NCBI GenBank assembly: GCA_977020255.1
Contig: CDROCS010002469.1
Coordinates: forward strand, 62,001 to 126,000
Reading direction: 5' to 3'
Length of the DNA stretch: 64,000 bases
From: Obrimoposthia wandeli
Lineage: Eukaryota
Each line of letters starts with the position of its first letter. Position 1 is the first letter of the stretch. Of the stretch, positions 50,202 to 58,456 are shown piece after piece. Under the pieces are notes generated by a model. That model saw nothing but the letters and a program-made list of their open reading frames with translations, was not told the DNA's origin and did no database searches. The position numbers and the translations under genes were made by a program.

Positions 50202-53200
50202 ATGAAAGAAACTAGTTTACCTCCTTATATCGCTCCGAGTCTGGGCTTACCCGTCGCGAACGCCCCCTTTGTCTTCAATAATTCAAAACTTTCAGTACTA
50301 GCGTTGGAATGTGAGAATGCAAAGGTTCAAGCGCAATTAGATAGATATATAAATAAACCCAGTAATGGCGAGAAAGATCTTAGAACGTTCAGCTTACTTG
50401 GCAAAAGTTATATTTTTCTAGTGATGGCTGACATGCAGTTTATGGCTGCAAATAATCAAAATGAGATCCTAGGGAATGTAAAATACCCTGAATGCTCCTT
50501 TTGGATTCCTACTTTGGATACAAAGAATGATGAAATATCCGTATTTTTACCACTACTCTTACTAGATAGCGGTACGGCGATAGCTACTGGTAGAGAAGTA
50601 TTTGGCTTTGAGAAGCAACAATCGACTTTCGACTTTTTCAATGCAGACAACACATTAAATGTAAAAAACCCAAATTATCAAGTAAACCCATATTCGTTTA
50701 AAACCTTTGGCTCAGATGTCGAAGGTAAATACAATCCATTGCTAAAAGTGAGTAAAAGTACCTCTAAAGTCACTCAAACTGCCGAAGCAGCGCTTAATTT
50801 TGCTGCGGATAAATTGGCAAACTCTATAGAGCAGCATTTCCTAAAAGAAGGCTTAACTGTTGAAGGTACAGATAAAAAAGTCAGCCTATCTGAACTATTC
50901 TCGACAAATATTGAAGTGCCAGTGTCTTTCTTGAAACAATTCCCCTCTATTTCAGATATTAATCTTAGTAGTTTTCAAGAAGTAACCAGTGCAAAATTCA
51001 AACTATCGACTGTACACAACGCTGCACCTTACTTAATTCCTTTTAAACATCAAGTAACCATTTTCCCATTAGAAAGCCATCCTATTATTGATGAGTTTGG
51101 TATTAAAGCAGATAAACAAAGTGATGGCAGCTATATCACTCAGGTATCAGGGTTATGGCTGGATGTTGATTTCTCTTTAGAGCTGCCACCAAAGCCAATA
51201 ATACCCGTCAAGCCAGTGAAGAAAAAAATAGCAGTATTAGGCTCTGGAATGGGATCATTATCAACCGTATTTGGTTTAACCAGTGAGCCTGATTGGCAAG
51301 ATAAGTACGATATAACTATCTACCAAGAGGGATGGCGTATGGGTGGAAAGTGCGCTAGTAGCCGTGACCCAGAGATAGCTAATCGTATAGAAGAACACGG
51401 ATTGCATATTTTCTTTGGTTTTTATGATAACGCCATAAAAATGATGCGTGAAGCTTATGATGAAATAGGACGCCCGCCCGAAGCCCCTCTCGCTGATTTC
51501 GATGCGGCATTCAAACCGCATAGTTTTATCGCAGTACAAGAAATGATTAAGGGTAATTGGGTGACATGGCCAATATTTTTCCCACCAAATGACCAAGTGC
51601 CTGGTAGTGATGATAACTACGAACGGGACTCTCATGATAGCCCACTAGGCATGATATTGTGGCTATTAAATAATACTAAGCAACACTTAAAAACCCATCA
51701 GCAACTTCGCTCATTCACGGCTAAAAAACATCATGGGATTATTGATCGCTTAAAAAGTATCACTGGCCCTTTTAAAGCGGAACATCATCATGTTGATGAT
51801 ATCATTGCCTTGATTGATCACGTCTTACAAAAAGCTATAACGGCGACAGAAAAAGATGTGAAAAAAGTTGAATCTTTCTTTGGTGAATTAGGAAACCTGC
51901 TCGACATAGCACTTGACATATTTGAACAAATCTTTGGCCCAACCGCTGGAACACCTCAGAGTATCCAGCAAATAATTTTAGCTATGCGTTTTGGTTTCTT
52001 CGTCATCAAAGGCATGATTGCAGACAAAGTCATATTCAAATGGACTGTCATTGATCAGTATGATTTTAGGCAGTGGCTAAGAAAAAACGGAGCGCCGGAA
52101 GAAGTTGTTTGCTCGGCAATCGTCCGTGCATTCTATGATCTTTATCTGGCATTCCCTAAAGGTGATACCAGTGAATCACTTTGCGGTGGAAACATTTCAG
52201 CTGGCACTTTATTACATGCCTATTTCTTAAGTTGTGGCCAATACAAAGGTGCCATTTTCTGGAAGATGCAAGCAGGTATGGGCGAAACGGTCATCGTTCC
52301 ATTATATCAAGCACTAATAAAACGTGGCGTTAAAGTTGAGTTTTTTAATCGTGTTCAAAACTTAGCGCTCAGTGCAGATAAAACTGAAATCGAAGCAATA
52401 GAAATCGATGTACAAGCAACGATTAAACAGACTGAATTTAATTACCAACCCTTGATAGACGTAAAAGGATTACCCTGCTGGCCTAAAAACCCAAACTATT
52501 CGCAACTCGTACAAGGCTCACAACTGGACTACGAAAAAGTAGACCTTGAATCTCCATGGAGCCCTTGGAATACTGGTATTAAAAAGAGCCTAGTTAAGGG
52601 CACTGATTTTGACATAGTGGTTTTAGGTATTTCAGTGGGCGCATTACAGTATATAACCCCTGAGCTTATGGCCCAAAGTACTCGCTGGAAAGATATGGTC
52701 AGCAATGTACAAAGCTCTCAAACACAAGCTATGCAAGTTTGGCTAAAATCCAACCTTGAACAAACAGGTTGGAAATTAGCAAGTCCTGTGATGGACGGCT
52801 ACGCAGACCCTTTCAACACTTGGGCCGACATGAGTCAAACATTAGATGTAGAAACATGGCCAGAGAATCATTTGCCGAAATCTGTTGCCTATTTTTGTAA
52901 CAATTTAGACCAACCCAAAGAGATTCCGCCTTTCACTGATCATGGTTTTCCCATGAGAGAGCATCTTCGAGTACGTGAACATGCCACTAAATGGCTAAGT
53001 CAGAATACAGGACATATTTGGCCGTACATTAGCAATGATAAAGGTGGGTTAAAATGGGAGCAATTGGTTGATGTCAATGATGATTCAGCAAGTCCACGTG
53101 TCGGTGTTGACCGATTCGACAGCCAATACTGGCATGCCGCAATCAATCCAAGTGAGCGCTATGTATTATCAGTAGCTGATACCAATCAATATAGGTTAAA

Positions 53201-53360
53201 ATCGAATGATTCTAAATTTAGTAATCTATTTTTAGCAGGCGATTGGACTGATAACGGCTTCTTAAATATTGGTTGCGTTGAATCAACAGTAGTCTCAGGT
53301 TTTAAAGCGTCGAGAGCTATTGGAGGTTTCCCGAAAAGAATTTTCTATATCGATAAATGA
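50202..53360 (+). CDS. Fusion protein: acetoacetate-decarboxylase-fold domain + phytoene-desaturase/amine-oxidase-like FAD oxidoreductase (1052 aa)
   Basis: N-terminus: Y.EC.F.IP, LDSGTAIATGREVFGFEK (ADC GRE..G.PK). C-terminus: IAVLGSGMGSL, WRMGGK, IEEHGLHIFFGFYDN, NLFLAGDW...GCVESTVVSG. GAGG RBS. Confidence 0.8.
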   Translation: MKETSLPPYIAPSLGLPVANAPFVFNNSKLSVLALECENAKVQAQLDRYINKPSNGEKDLRTFSLLGKSYIFLVMADMQFMAANNQNEILGNVKYPECSFWIPTLDTKNDEISVFLPLLLLDSGTAIATGREVFGFEKQQSTFDFFNADNTLNVKNPNYQVNPYSFKTFGSDVEGKYNPLLKVSKSTSKVTQTAEAALNFAADKLANSIEQHFLKEGLTVEGTDKKVSLSELFSTNIEVPVSFLKQFPSISDINLSSFQEVTSAKFKLSTVHNAAPYLIPFKHQVTIFPLESHPIIDEFGIKADKQSDGSYITQVSGLWLDVDFSLELPPKPIIPVKPVKKKIAVLGSGMGSLSTVFGLTSEPDWQDKYDITIYQEGWRMGGKCASSRDPEIANRIEEHGLHIFFGFYDNAIKMMREAYDEIGRPPEAPLADFDAAFKPHSFIAVQEMIKGNWVTWPIFFPPNDQVPGSDDNYERDSHDSPLGMILWLLNNTKQHLKTHQQLRSFTAKKHHGIIDRLKSITGPFKAEHHHVDDIIALIDHVLQKAITATEKDVKKVESFFGELGNLLDIALDIFEQIFGPTAGTPQSIQQIILAMRFGFFVIKGMIADKVIFKWTVIDQYDFRQWLRKNGAPEEVVCSAIVRAFYDLYLAFPKGDTSESLCGGNISAGTLLHAYFLSCGQYKGAIFWKMQAGMGETVIVPLYQALIKRGVKVEFFNRVQNLALSADKTEIEAIEIDVQATIKQTEFNYQPLIDVKGLPCWPKNPNYSQLVQGSQLDYEKVDLESPWSPWNTGIKKSLVKGTDFDIVVLGISVGALQYITPELMAQSTRWKDMVSNVQSSQTQAMQVWLKSNLEQTGWKLASPVMDGYADPFNTWADMSQTLDVETWPENHLPKSVAYFCNNLDQPKEIPPFTDHGFPMREHLRVREHATKWLSQNTGHIWPYISNDKGGLKWEQLVDVNDDSASPRVGVDRFDSQYWHAAINPSERYVLSVADTNQYRLKSNDSKFSNLFLAGDWTDNGFLNIGCVESTVVSGFKASRAIGGFPKRIFYIDK

Positions 53361-53413
53361 ACCTACAGGCAGTCCTTTATAAATAAAAGTAGTAAACCTA
53401 AATAGACGAAATG

Positions 53414-53443
53414 AGAGGGTACAAGAGATAACTTGTACTCTCT
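53414..53443. terminator. Hairpin between the fusion gene and uspA copy 2
   Basis: AGAGGGTACAAG-agataa-CTTGTACTCTCT. Confidence 0.6.
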
Positions 53444-53629
53444 AACTAGTATTCATCCTGAAACGGGGTCGTCGCGAGAGCGACTCAATGATTCAAGATA
53501 CGTACTACTAGATATGGGCGTTTGGTTATTCCAAACAACTATATCTAGTAGTTAGTAGATTGTGTTAGTGAGGCGTTCGTAGTAGACATCCATTTCTGGA
53601 TGGACACTAACTACTTTACTATTAGCATA

Positions 53630-54079
53630 TCAAGGCACCAATACTATTGGAATACTTGCAAAGTGTGCAACTTTGTTAGCAGTACTACCCAACAGTAAAT
53701 CGGTTAATCTAGATCTACCTCTACGGCCCAAAAACAACATATTGGCGTGCTTTTCTTTTGCTTGTTCAAGTAGAACTTCTTCTGGATCCCCCCAAATAAG
53801 CTCACTACTCAATTCTACTTCATCGTTGTATTTGTCGATTAAGGGTGCTATATGGTTTTCTTGGGCTTGCTTTTCCTGCTTCTCTTTTTCTTTGGCATCA
53901 AACACTGGCATAGAATAACCGGATGCAACGCTCATTAGTTGATAATTCGAGTGAAAACTCATCACATACACCAATCTAACACAGGCACCAGTATCTTTAG
54001 CCATACAAACAGCCCTATGAGTCGCTCGAACCGACCACTCACTACCATCGATTCCTACTATATATAAGAGCTTCTTCAT
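53630..54079 (-). CDS. uspA: Universal stress protein (Usp), copy 2 (inverted paralog)
   Basis: 127/149 residues identical to copy 1 by hand count; GAGGGG RBS before ATG 54079. Confidence 0.92.
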   Translation of the reverse strand: MKKLLYIVGIDGSEWSVRATHRAVCMAKDTGACVRLVYVMSFHSNYQLMSVASGYSMPVFDAKEKEKQEKQAQENHIAPLIDKYNDEVELSSELIWGDPEEVLLEQAKEKHANMLFLGRRGRSRLTDLLLGSTANKVAHFASIPIVLVP

Positions 54080-54175
54080 ACTCACCCCCTCAGCATAGAC
54101 TTTAATAATAATAGATTAATAAATTAAAAATAATCGTATATCCGTAAATATTAATCACACTACCCTTTTGTTAAG

Positions 54176-54248
54176 ATAGTTGAGTCAACTATAGATCAAG
54201 CGCGCGTATCCACTTTTGATTTGTATCAATAATTTTAGTAGTCAACCT
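54176..54248. repeat. 73-bp promoter repeat A (contains FNR box 54216-54229)
   Basis: Three mismatches vs 54422-54494. Contains TTGATTTGTATCAA and the palindrome ATAGTTGA-g-TCAACTAT. Confidence 0.9.
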
Positions 54249-54400
54249 CATTGCTGCCCGGTTAAAAAGTGTAAGCTCTCTAACTCATTGATTTGTGGCT
54301 TTCTAGCATAGTTAATTGGGATTTTTAAGTGAAATAACACTTGTGGTTAACGTAAAATCAATGAGTTAAAGAACAACAAAAATTAAACCGGACACTAATG
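54249..54400. mobile_element. MITE-like element, copy 2 (152 bp)
   Basis: TIRs CATTGCTGCCCGGTTAA / reverse complement of the right end CATTAGTGTCCGGTTTAA (13/16 match). Same internal 14-bp IR as 2535-2685. Confidence 0.8.
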
Positions 54401-54421
54401 AGTCCCTTGGTTAGTTTGAAA

Positions 54422-54494
54422 ATAGTTGAGTTAACTATAGATCAAGCGCGCGTATCCACTTTTGATTTGCATCAATAATTTTAATAGTCAACCT
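54422..54494. repeat. 73-bp promoter repeat A' (contains FNR box 54462-54475)
   Basis: Direct repeat of 54176-54248; TTGATTTGCATCAA. Confidence 0.9.
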
Positions 54495-54714
54495 ATGGTT
54501 ATGTTGCCTGATTTGAAGAGCTTATTGTTACACACTTCCTAATTCAACGCAACTGCGGATTGAGCTGATTTTTTTTATATTTAAGAAATACCAAGGACCA
54601 TCACTGGAAGCACAAGCGCGTTTATCATAGCTATCGAGTAAGATTCTTGGACCGTTAACAGCCCCTGAAAAGACTAATACATGCTGATTAATGGATTTTA
54701 TACATGATTAATTA

Positions 54715-54890
54715 TCTGATAGTAGGCGTTCTCGTTTATTTAGTGGCAATGATTATTTTTAACCTGAAAGGTGGGCGGCAAAGGCTGATTTATTCCTGCA
54801 GAGCGGATGATCTAATCACTTGGTAGTATTATTGAAGGGCGCAGTAAGCCGTTCTTAGCGTATATCAGCCTTAATAACGAGCAACTAGGG
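54715..54890 (+). pseudogene. RAYT-like (HUH Y1) transposase relic A
   Basis: Fragments SDSRRSRLFSGND (54715-54753) and GSIIEGRSKPFLAYISLNN (54822-54878) resemble WSD..V..RW..LF.G and GRFWEGRFKS...MAYVDLNP of the large RAYT-like family, as recalled. Confidence 0.45.
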
Positions 54891-54902
54891 TCGCCATTGT
54901 TG

Positions 54903-55529
54903 TTAAGTGATTGCATACTGAAGTTCCCGCATGTGTTTGATAGTGTGTAAACATGAAATTGAAGCATGTATGCCATTTGGATCATACAAAATTGGCCGCA
55001 TACCTGCTTCTTTTGCAGCTGTAATACCTACCGGGCTATCTTCAACTACTGCGCATTCATGAGGTTTAAAACCCATTTCCTTGGCTGCATGCAAAAATAT
55101 ACCAGGATCAGGTTTCCAAGAAGCAATTTCATACGAACTAAATATTTTTCCATTAAAGTACTCTAACAGCCCAGAGACAGTGAGAGCCTTATTAATTTTT
55201 TCCAGAGGACCGCTAGATGCAACACATTTTGGTAGTACTATTTTTTCCAGCGCCGCTGCCACTCCTTCACACGGTTCTAGTTCTTTCTCAAACAACTCAT
55301 CTACTAGCGTTCGATAAGATAAAACGAAATTCTCTTTTAATCTGATGTTATGTTCTGATTCTATAACTTGAAGGATGGAGGCTAATTTTCCACCTCGAAA
55401 CCGTTCCATCATCTCTAGTGCGGATGATGCTATCCCATAATCTTTGAGCTTTATTTCTAGCCCGAGATTACAAAGGTACTCGCTATCGACTAAAGTTCCG
55501 TCACAGTCGAATATGATGCACTTGATCAT
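54903..55529 (-). CDS. HAD-IA family hydrolase (YieH-like)
   Basis: IIFDCDGTLVDSE, VASSG, WKPDPG and VVEDSPVG motifs. The stop codon lies in ACTTAAC, a perfect attC inverse core. Confidence 0.92.
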   Translation of the reverse strand: MIKCIIFDCDGTLVDSEYLCNLGLEIKLKDYGIASSALEMMERFRGGKLASILQVIESEHNIRLKENFVLSYRTLVDELFEKELEPCEGVAAALEKIVLPKCVASSGPLEKINKALTVSGLLEYFNGKIFSSYEIASWKPDPGIFLHAAKEMGFKPHECAVVEDSPVGITAAKEAGMRPILYDPNGIHASISCLHTIKHMRELQYAIT

Positions 55530-55538
55530 GGTGTAGCA

Positions 55539-55629
55539 GGCTCCTACTTAAGCGAAAAATAGAGTGGATTATGTATTGAACCAAGTAACCCATTAACTGC
55601 ATGTTGTCCGTTTGAAGTTTTAGTTAATC
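55539..55629 (-). other. Degenerate attC-like site downstream of GNAT 55624-56157
   Basis: GATTAAC-TAAAA-CTT(C)AAAC...GCTTAAG-TAGGA-GCC. The L boxes pair with one extrahelical base; the R' GTT is eroded. Confidence 0.55.
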
Positions 55630-56157
55630 CTTTATTTGCAATAGGCACATATCATTTTCCCATACATAGAGCAAATCGTTCACTTTATTACTGCTACCAG
55701 ACTGTTGCCATAAGTTGGTTTCTTGATGCTCGGCACCCATTCGATGGTAAAAACGGCGAGCACTTAGATTTCCCTCTAAGACTTCAAGATATATGCCCTT
55801 ATGATCAAATAGCTGATCTGCCCATTTTGCAATTAAATGCATTAACTGTTTGCCGACACCTTTACCTTGAGCCGTTTTTGAAACATGTAAATTATCGACA
55901 AATGTACCCCATTTAGGACTTTCGTTGCCAAAAGCACAAATAAAACCATATATCTCATTATTCTCAGTCGCAATTATTATATGTTGATTATGTCTGGGCG
56001 AGGATAAACGCTTAGTCCAAGAACTTTGTCGCTCCTCCCTTACATCATTATCCAAAAAGTCGTCACTAAATATCCCCCTATAAGCCTCACGCCAACTCTG
56101 GGCATGTATCTTTGCTAAGTTTTCTAAATCATTAAAATCAGCAGGCCTGTAATGCAT
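55624..56157 (-). CDS. GNAT family acetyltransferase
   Basis: HAQSWREAYRG, FVDNLHV..TAQGKGVGKQL and N.SARRFYHRMG motifs. Confidence 0.9.
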   Translation of the reverse strand: MHYRPADFNDLENLAKIHAQSWREAYRGIFSDDFLDNDVREERQSSWTKRLSSPRHNQHIIIATENNEIYGFICAFGNESPKWGTFVDNLHVSKTAQGKGVGKQLMHLIAKWADQLFDHKGIYLEVLEGNLSARRFYHRMGAEHQETNLWQQSGSSNKVNDLLYVWENDMCLLQIKD

Positions 56158-56179
56158 ATATTAAAAAACTCCAATGACC

Positions 56180-56276
56180 ACTTACTCCCTGTCAAACAGC
56201 GATAAATATTGACTAAATCTACCAGGAGCGATTGCCACCCAGCTGTTTAACGCTCGTTCGAGTTGCTTTGTTGGTA
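56180..56276 (-). other. Degenerate attC-like site at the 3' end of GNAT 56219-56797
   Basis: TACCAAC-AAAGCA-ACTCGAAC(G)AGCGTTAAA...TTTATCGCTGTTTGAC-AGGGA-GTAAGT. Long imperfect palindrome; R' equals GTTAAGT minus one T. Confidence 0.6.
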
Positions 56277-56797
56277 TAAACCTCAATTTTATATACCTCT
56301 ACCTGACTCAACAAACCATGGCGATTGAGTTTTCTAATATCACGAATCTTCACCATACCAATTTTCGTCATAACTTTACCAGAAGCTGGGTTTGATGATA
56401 GATGCTCGGCAATAATGAGCGATATTGAGAACTTTTCAAATGCTTTATGCAATAGAGCTGATGCAGCTTGCGTACAATAACCTTTACCCCAAAACTCATG
56501 GCCAATCCAGTATCCTAGTTCAGCTTTATCACCTGAAATAGATACGAGGCTAACAGTCCCCACCAATTGAGAACAAGGTTTTAAAGTAACTGCGTAGGAA
56601 ACTCCTGTTCGATTCAACCAACAACTTTTTTGAGTAGATATCCACTCTTCAGCAATATCCTCACTATATGGATGTGGTATATTCAAGGTTGTTTCTGCAA
56701 TTCTTATATCACCAGCCAATCTCGTAACCATCGGTGAATCTGCCAATATGAATGGACGTAAAATTAGGTTTTCAGTTTCAATAATTGGTTGTTCCAT
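56219..56797 (-). CDS. RimJ/RimL-type GNAT acetyltransferase
   Basis: IETENLILRPF, IPHPY, AELGYWIG..FWGKGY..QA and NPASGKVM.KIGM motifs. Confidence 0.9.
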   Translation of the reverse strand: MEQPIIETENLILRPFILADSPMVTRLAGDIRIAETTLNIPHPYSEDIAEEWISTQKSCWLNRTGVSYAVTLKPCSQLVGTVSLVSISGDKAELGYWIGHEFWGKGYCTQAASALLHKAFEKFSISLIIAEHLSSNPASGKVMTKIGMVKIRDIRKLNRHGLLSQVEVYKIEVYTNKATRTSVKQLGGNRSW

Positions 56798-57252
56798 ATT
56801 TCACACTCCCATGCTGAATTATTCATGCATCTGGATATAATGAATCCCTCTAAATGTTAATCTCAAATTCGGGAGACCAACACGAGCCATAATATAGATT
56901 AGAACATATTGAGAAAATTGATCACGCAAAACATTAACATAATCTTTATTGATTTAGATACTCATAAAGTCAGCACTCTAATTGCTTAGAGTAAAAATAC
57001 TAACAGCGCAGAAACCTTTCATTTAGGTAAAATTAGCACCGACATACAATCGTTCATTTAGTTTGCCCGCAAACTTCAATCAAAATATTCAAAATTGCGT
57101 TTATGACTCTATCAACAATTAATAAAATCAGCCACCCTCTAAAACGTAGTTGTTACAGCCATTACTTGAGAAGTTATGTTACCTATAATCAAAGTTAACA
57201 ATGCTTTGCGATAATTCCTGCATGGTTATTCTGTTAATACATCAAGTATCAG

Positions 57253-57488
57253 ATGCCGCGAGCCAGACGGCTACAGAAAGTAATCAGTGTTCAATTGACA
57301 GAACCACGCACATACACTGAGGGTATACACCACGTTACAATAGATAAGGCAGGCTAATACATGAAAACTGACGGTCCACGCACACCAGCATGATAACCGA
57401 CGACATTGCCCGCTTCATATCTTTGCTGACTCGCCTTAAATCAAAAAAGATACTTGAAACGTGGGTAGGTGTTTACACGTTGTCGTAA
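57253..57488 (+). pseudogene. RAYT-like (HUH Y1) transposase relic B
   Basis: MPRARRLQKVIS...IHHVTIDKAG* then DDIARFISLL...TWVGVY. These resemble MPRPR..QVSL, NHxHVVLxVD, DISWFMR.L and FWEGRF, with internal deletions. Confidence 0.5.
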
Positions 57489-57517
57489 ACAGAAAATCTA
57501 ATATCAATTTCAGTATC

Positions 57518-57611
57518 TGAAGCAGCTAAAACAGAGCGAGGAAGGCATAATATGTAAACTTTCCAGGATGCGAACTTCATACTATTATGCTGCTGTTACA
57601 GCTTGTTAGCC
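57518..57611 (-). other. Weak degenerate attC-like site after the GFA gene
   Basis: GGCTAAC-AAGCT-GTAACAGCAGC...GCTGCTTCAG; the R' box is not recognisable. Confidence 0.35.
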
Positions 57612-57934
57612 CCATCAAAGTAGCGAACGGGCACATCCGTTATTATATTGCGGACAAGACCAAAGTTTACCGCGACTCGAGGATCAGAATGACCTTCTTT
57701 GGTTCGATAATGAGTCACACACCCACAGTTTTTGCAACGAATAAAATCTAGTTCATTGTCACCCCACGAATATGAATCAGTACCAAAACTTCCAATACTA
57801 ATTTTTGGCTCGTCGAACTGGTAGTAGCCCCATAAGCTCATGTAACGGCTACATATAGAACAATTACATTCGGTTATTTGCTTAGGTTTCTCCACTTCAA
57901 TAATAATATTACTACAATGACATGCTACTTTCAT
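57596..57934 (-). CDS. GFA/CENP-V family (glutathione-dependent formaldehyde-activating-like) protein
   Basis: CHC, CNCSIC and F.RC..CG..THY Zn motifs. Confidence 0.88.
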   Translation of the reverse strand: MKVACHCSNIIIEVEKPKQITECNCSICSRYMSLWGYYQFDEPKISIGSFGTDSYSWGDNELDFIRCKNCGCVTHYRTKEGHSDPRVAVNFGLVRNIITDVPVRYFDGANKL

Positions 57935-58456
57935 GGCGCCCTCTTAGTCTGCTGCACAAGCAACTTTACTGCTCATGCACGTTTGTAACAATAACCGGGT
58001 TTCTCGGCATTTACTTTTCTATTCACATATACCGATGATATTGCAACAGTTTCCATTTCATTGCCAGTGTAAACAAACACAGTTTCAGATCGTATTTTAA
58101 ACAACACTAATTATTTACACCGTCAATTAAGATACTGGTTATCATGCAAACATTTGAACTTTACAGCTAGCATAAAAAATCGATTTAAATCTATAATCAC
58201 AACAGTAATGACAAACAGATTCGATAGATGCTTCTAAGACACTTTAAACGTTAACGAGTTGTAAACCGTAAGATCAAAGCTAAACCTTGTAATAAAGCCA
58301 AAAGCAGTGGTTATTATTAGCCAGGTAAATATATTTTATATATAAAATTTGTTCACGCGAATCAACTCTTACCAACTAAAATTTGAGTGGATATATAACA
58401 ATACCGCTACCTTTCTTATAATAGTGTATTAACCACTCAGTGAGTTTGGCCTATAT

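Noticed and set aside
50202-53360. Calling the fusion a carotenoid desaturase (crtP/crtQ/crtI)
   Set aside because: It is much longer than these enzymes, has large insertions and an ADC domain, and there are no carotenoid genes nearby. Only superfamily-level similarity is supportable.
54176-54494. Repeat-spacer-repeat pattern as a CRISPR array
   Set aside because: There are only two 73-bp units, the intervening sequence is a MITE, and no cas genes are present.
57960-58450. Additional cassette gene between the GFA gene and the 147-aa ORF
   Set aside because: Only short broken frames (e.g. VLFKIRSETVFVYTGNE...) with no recognisable family. It may be a pseudogene, but that cannot be supported.
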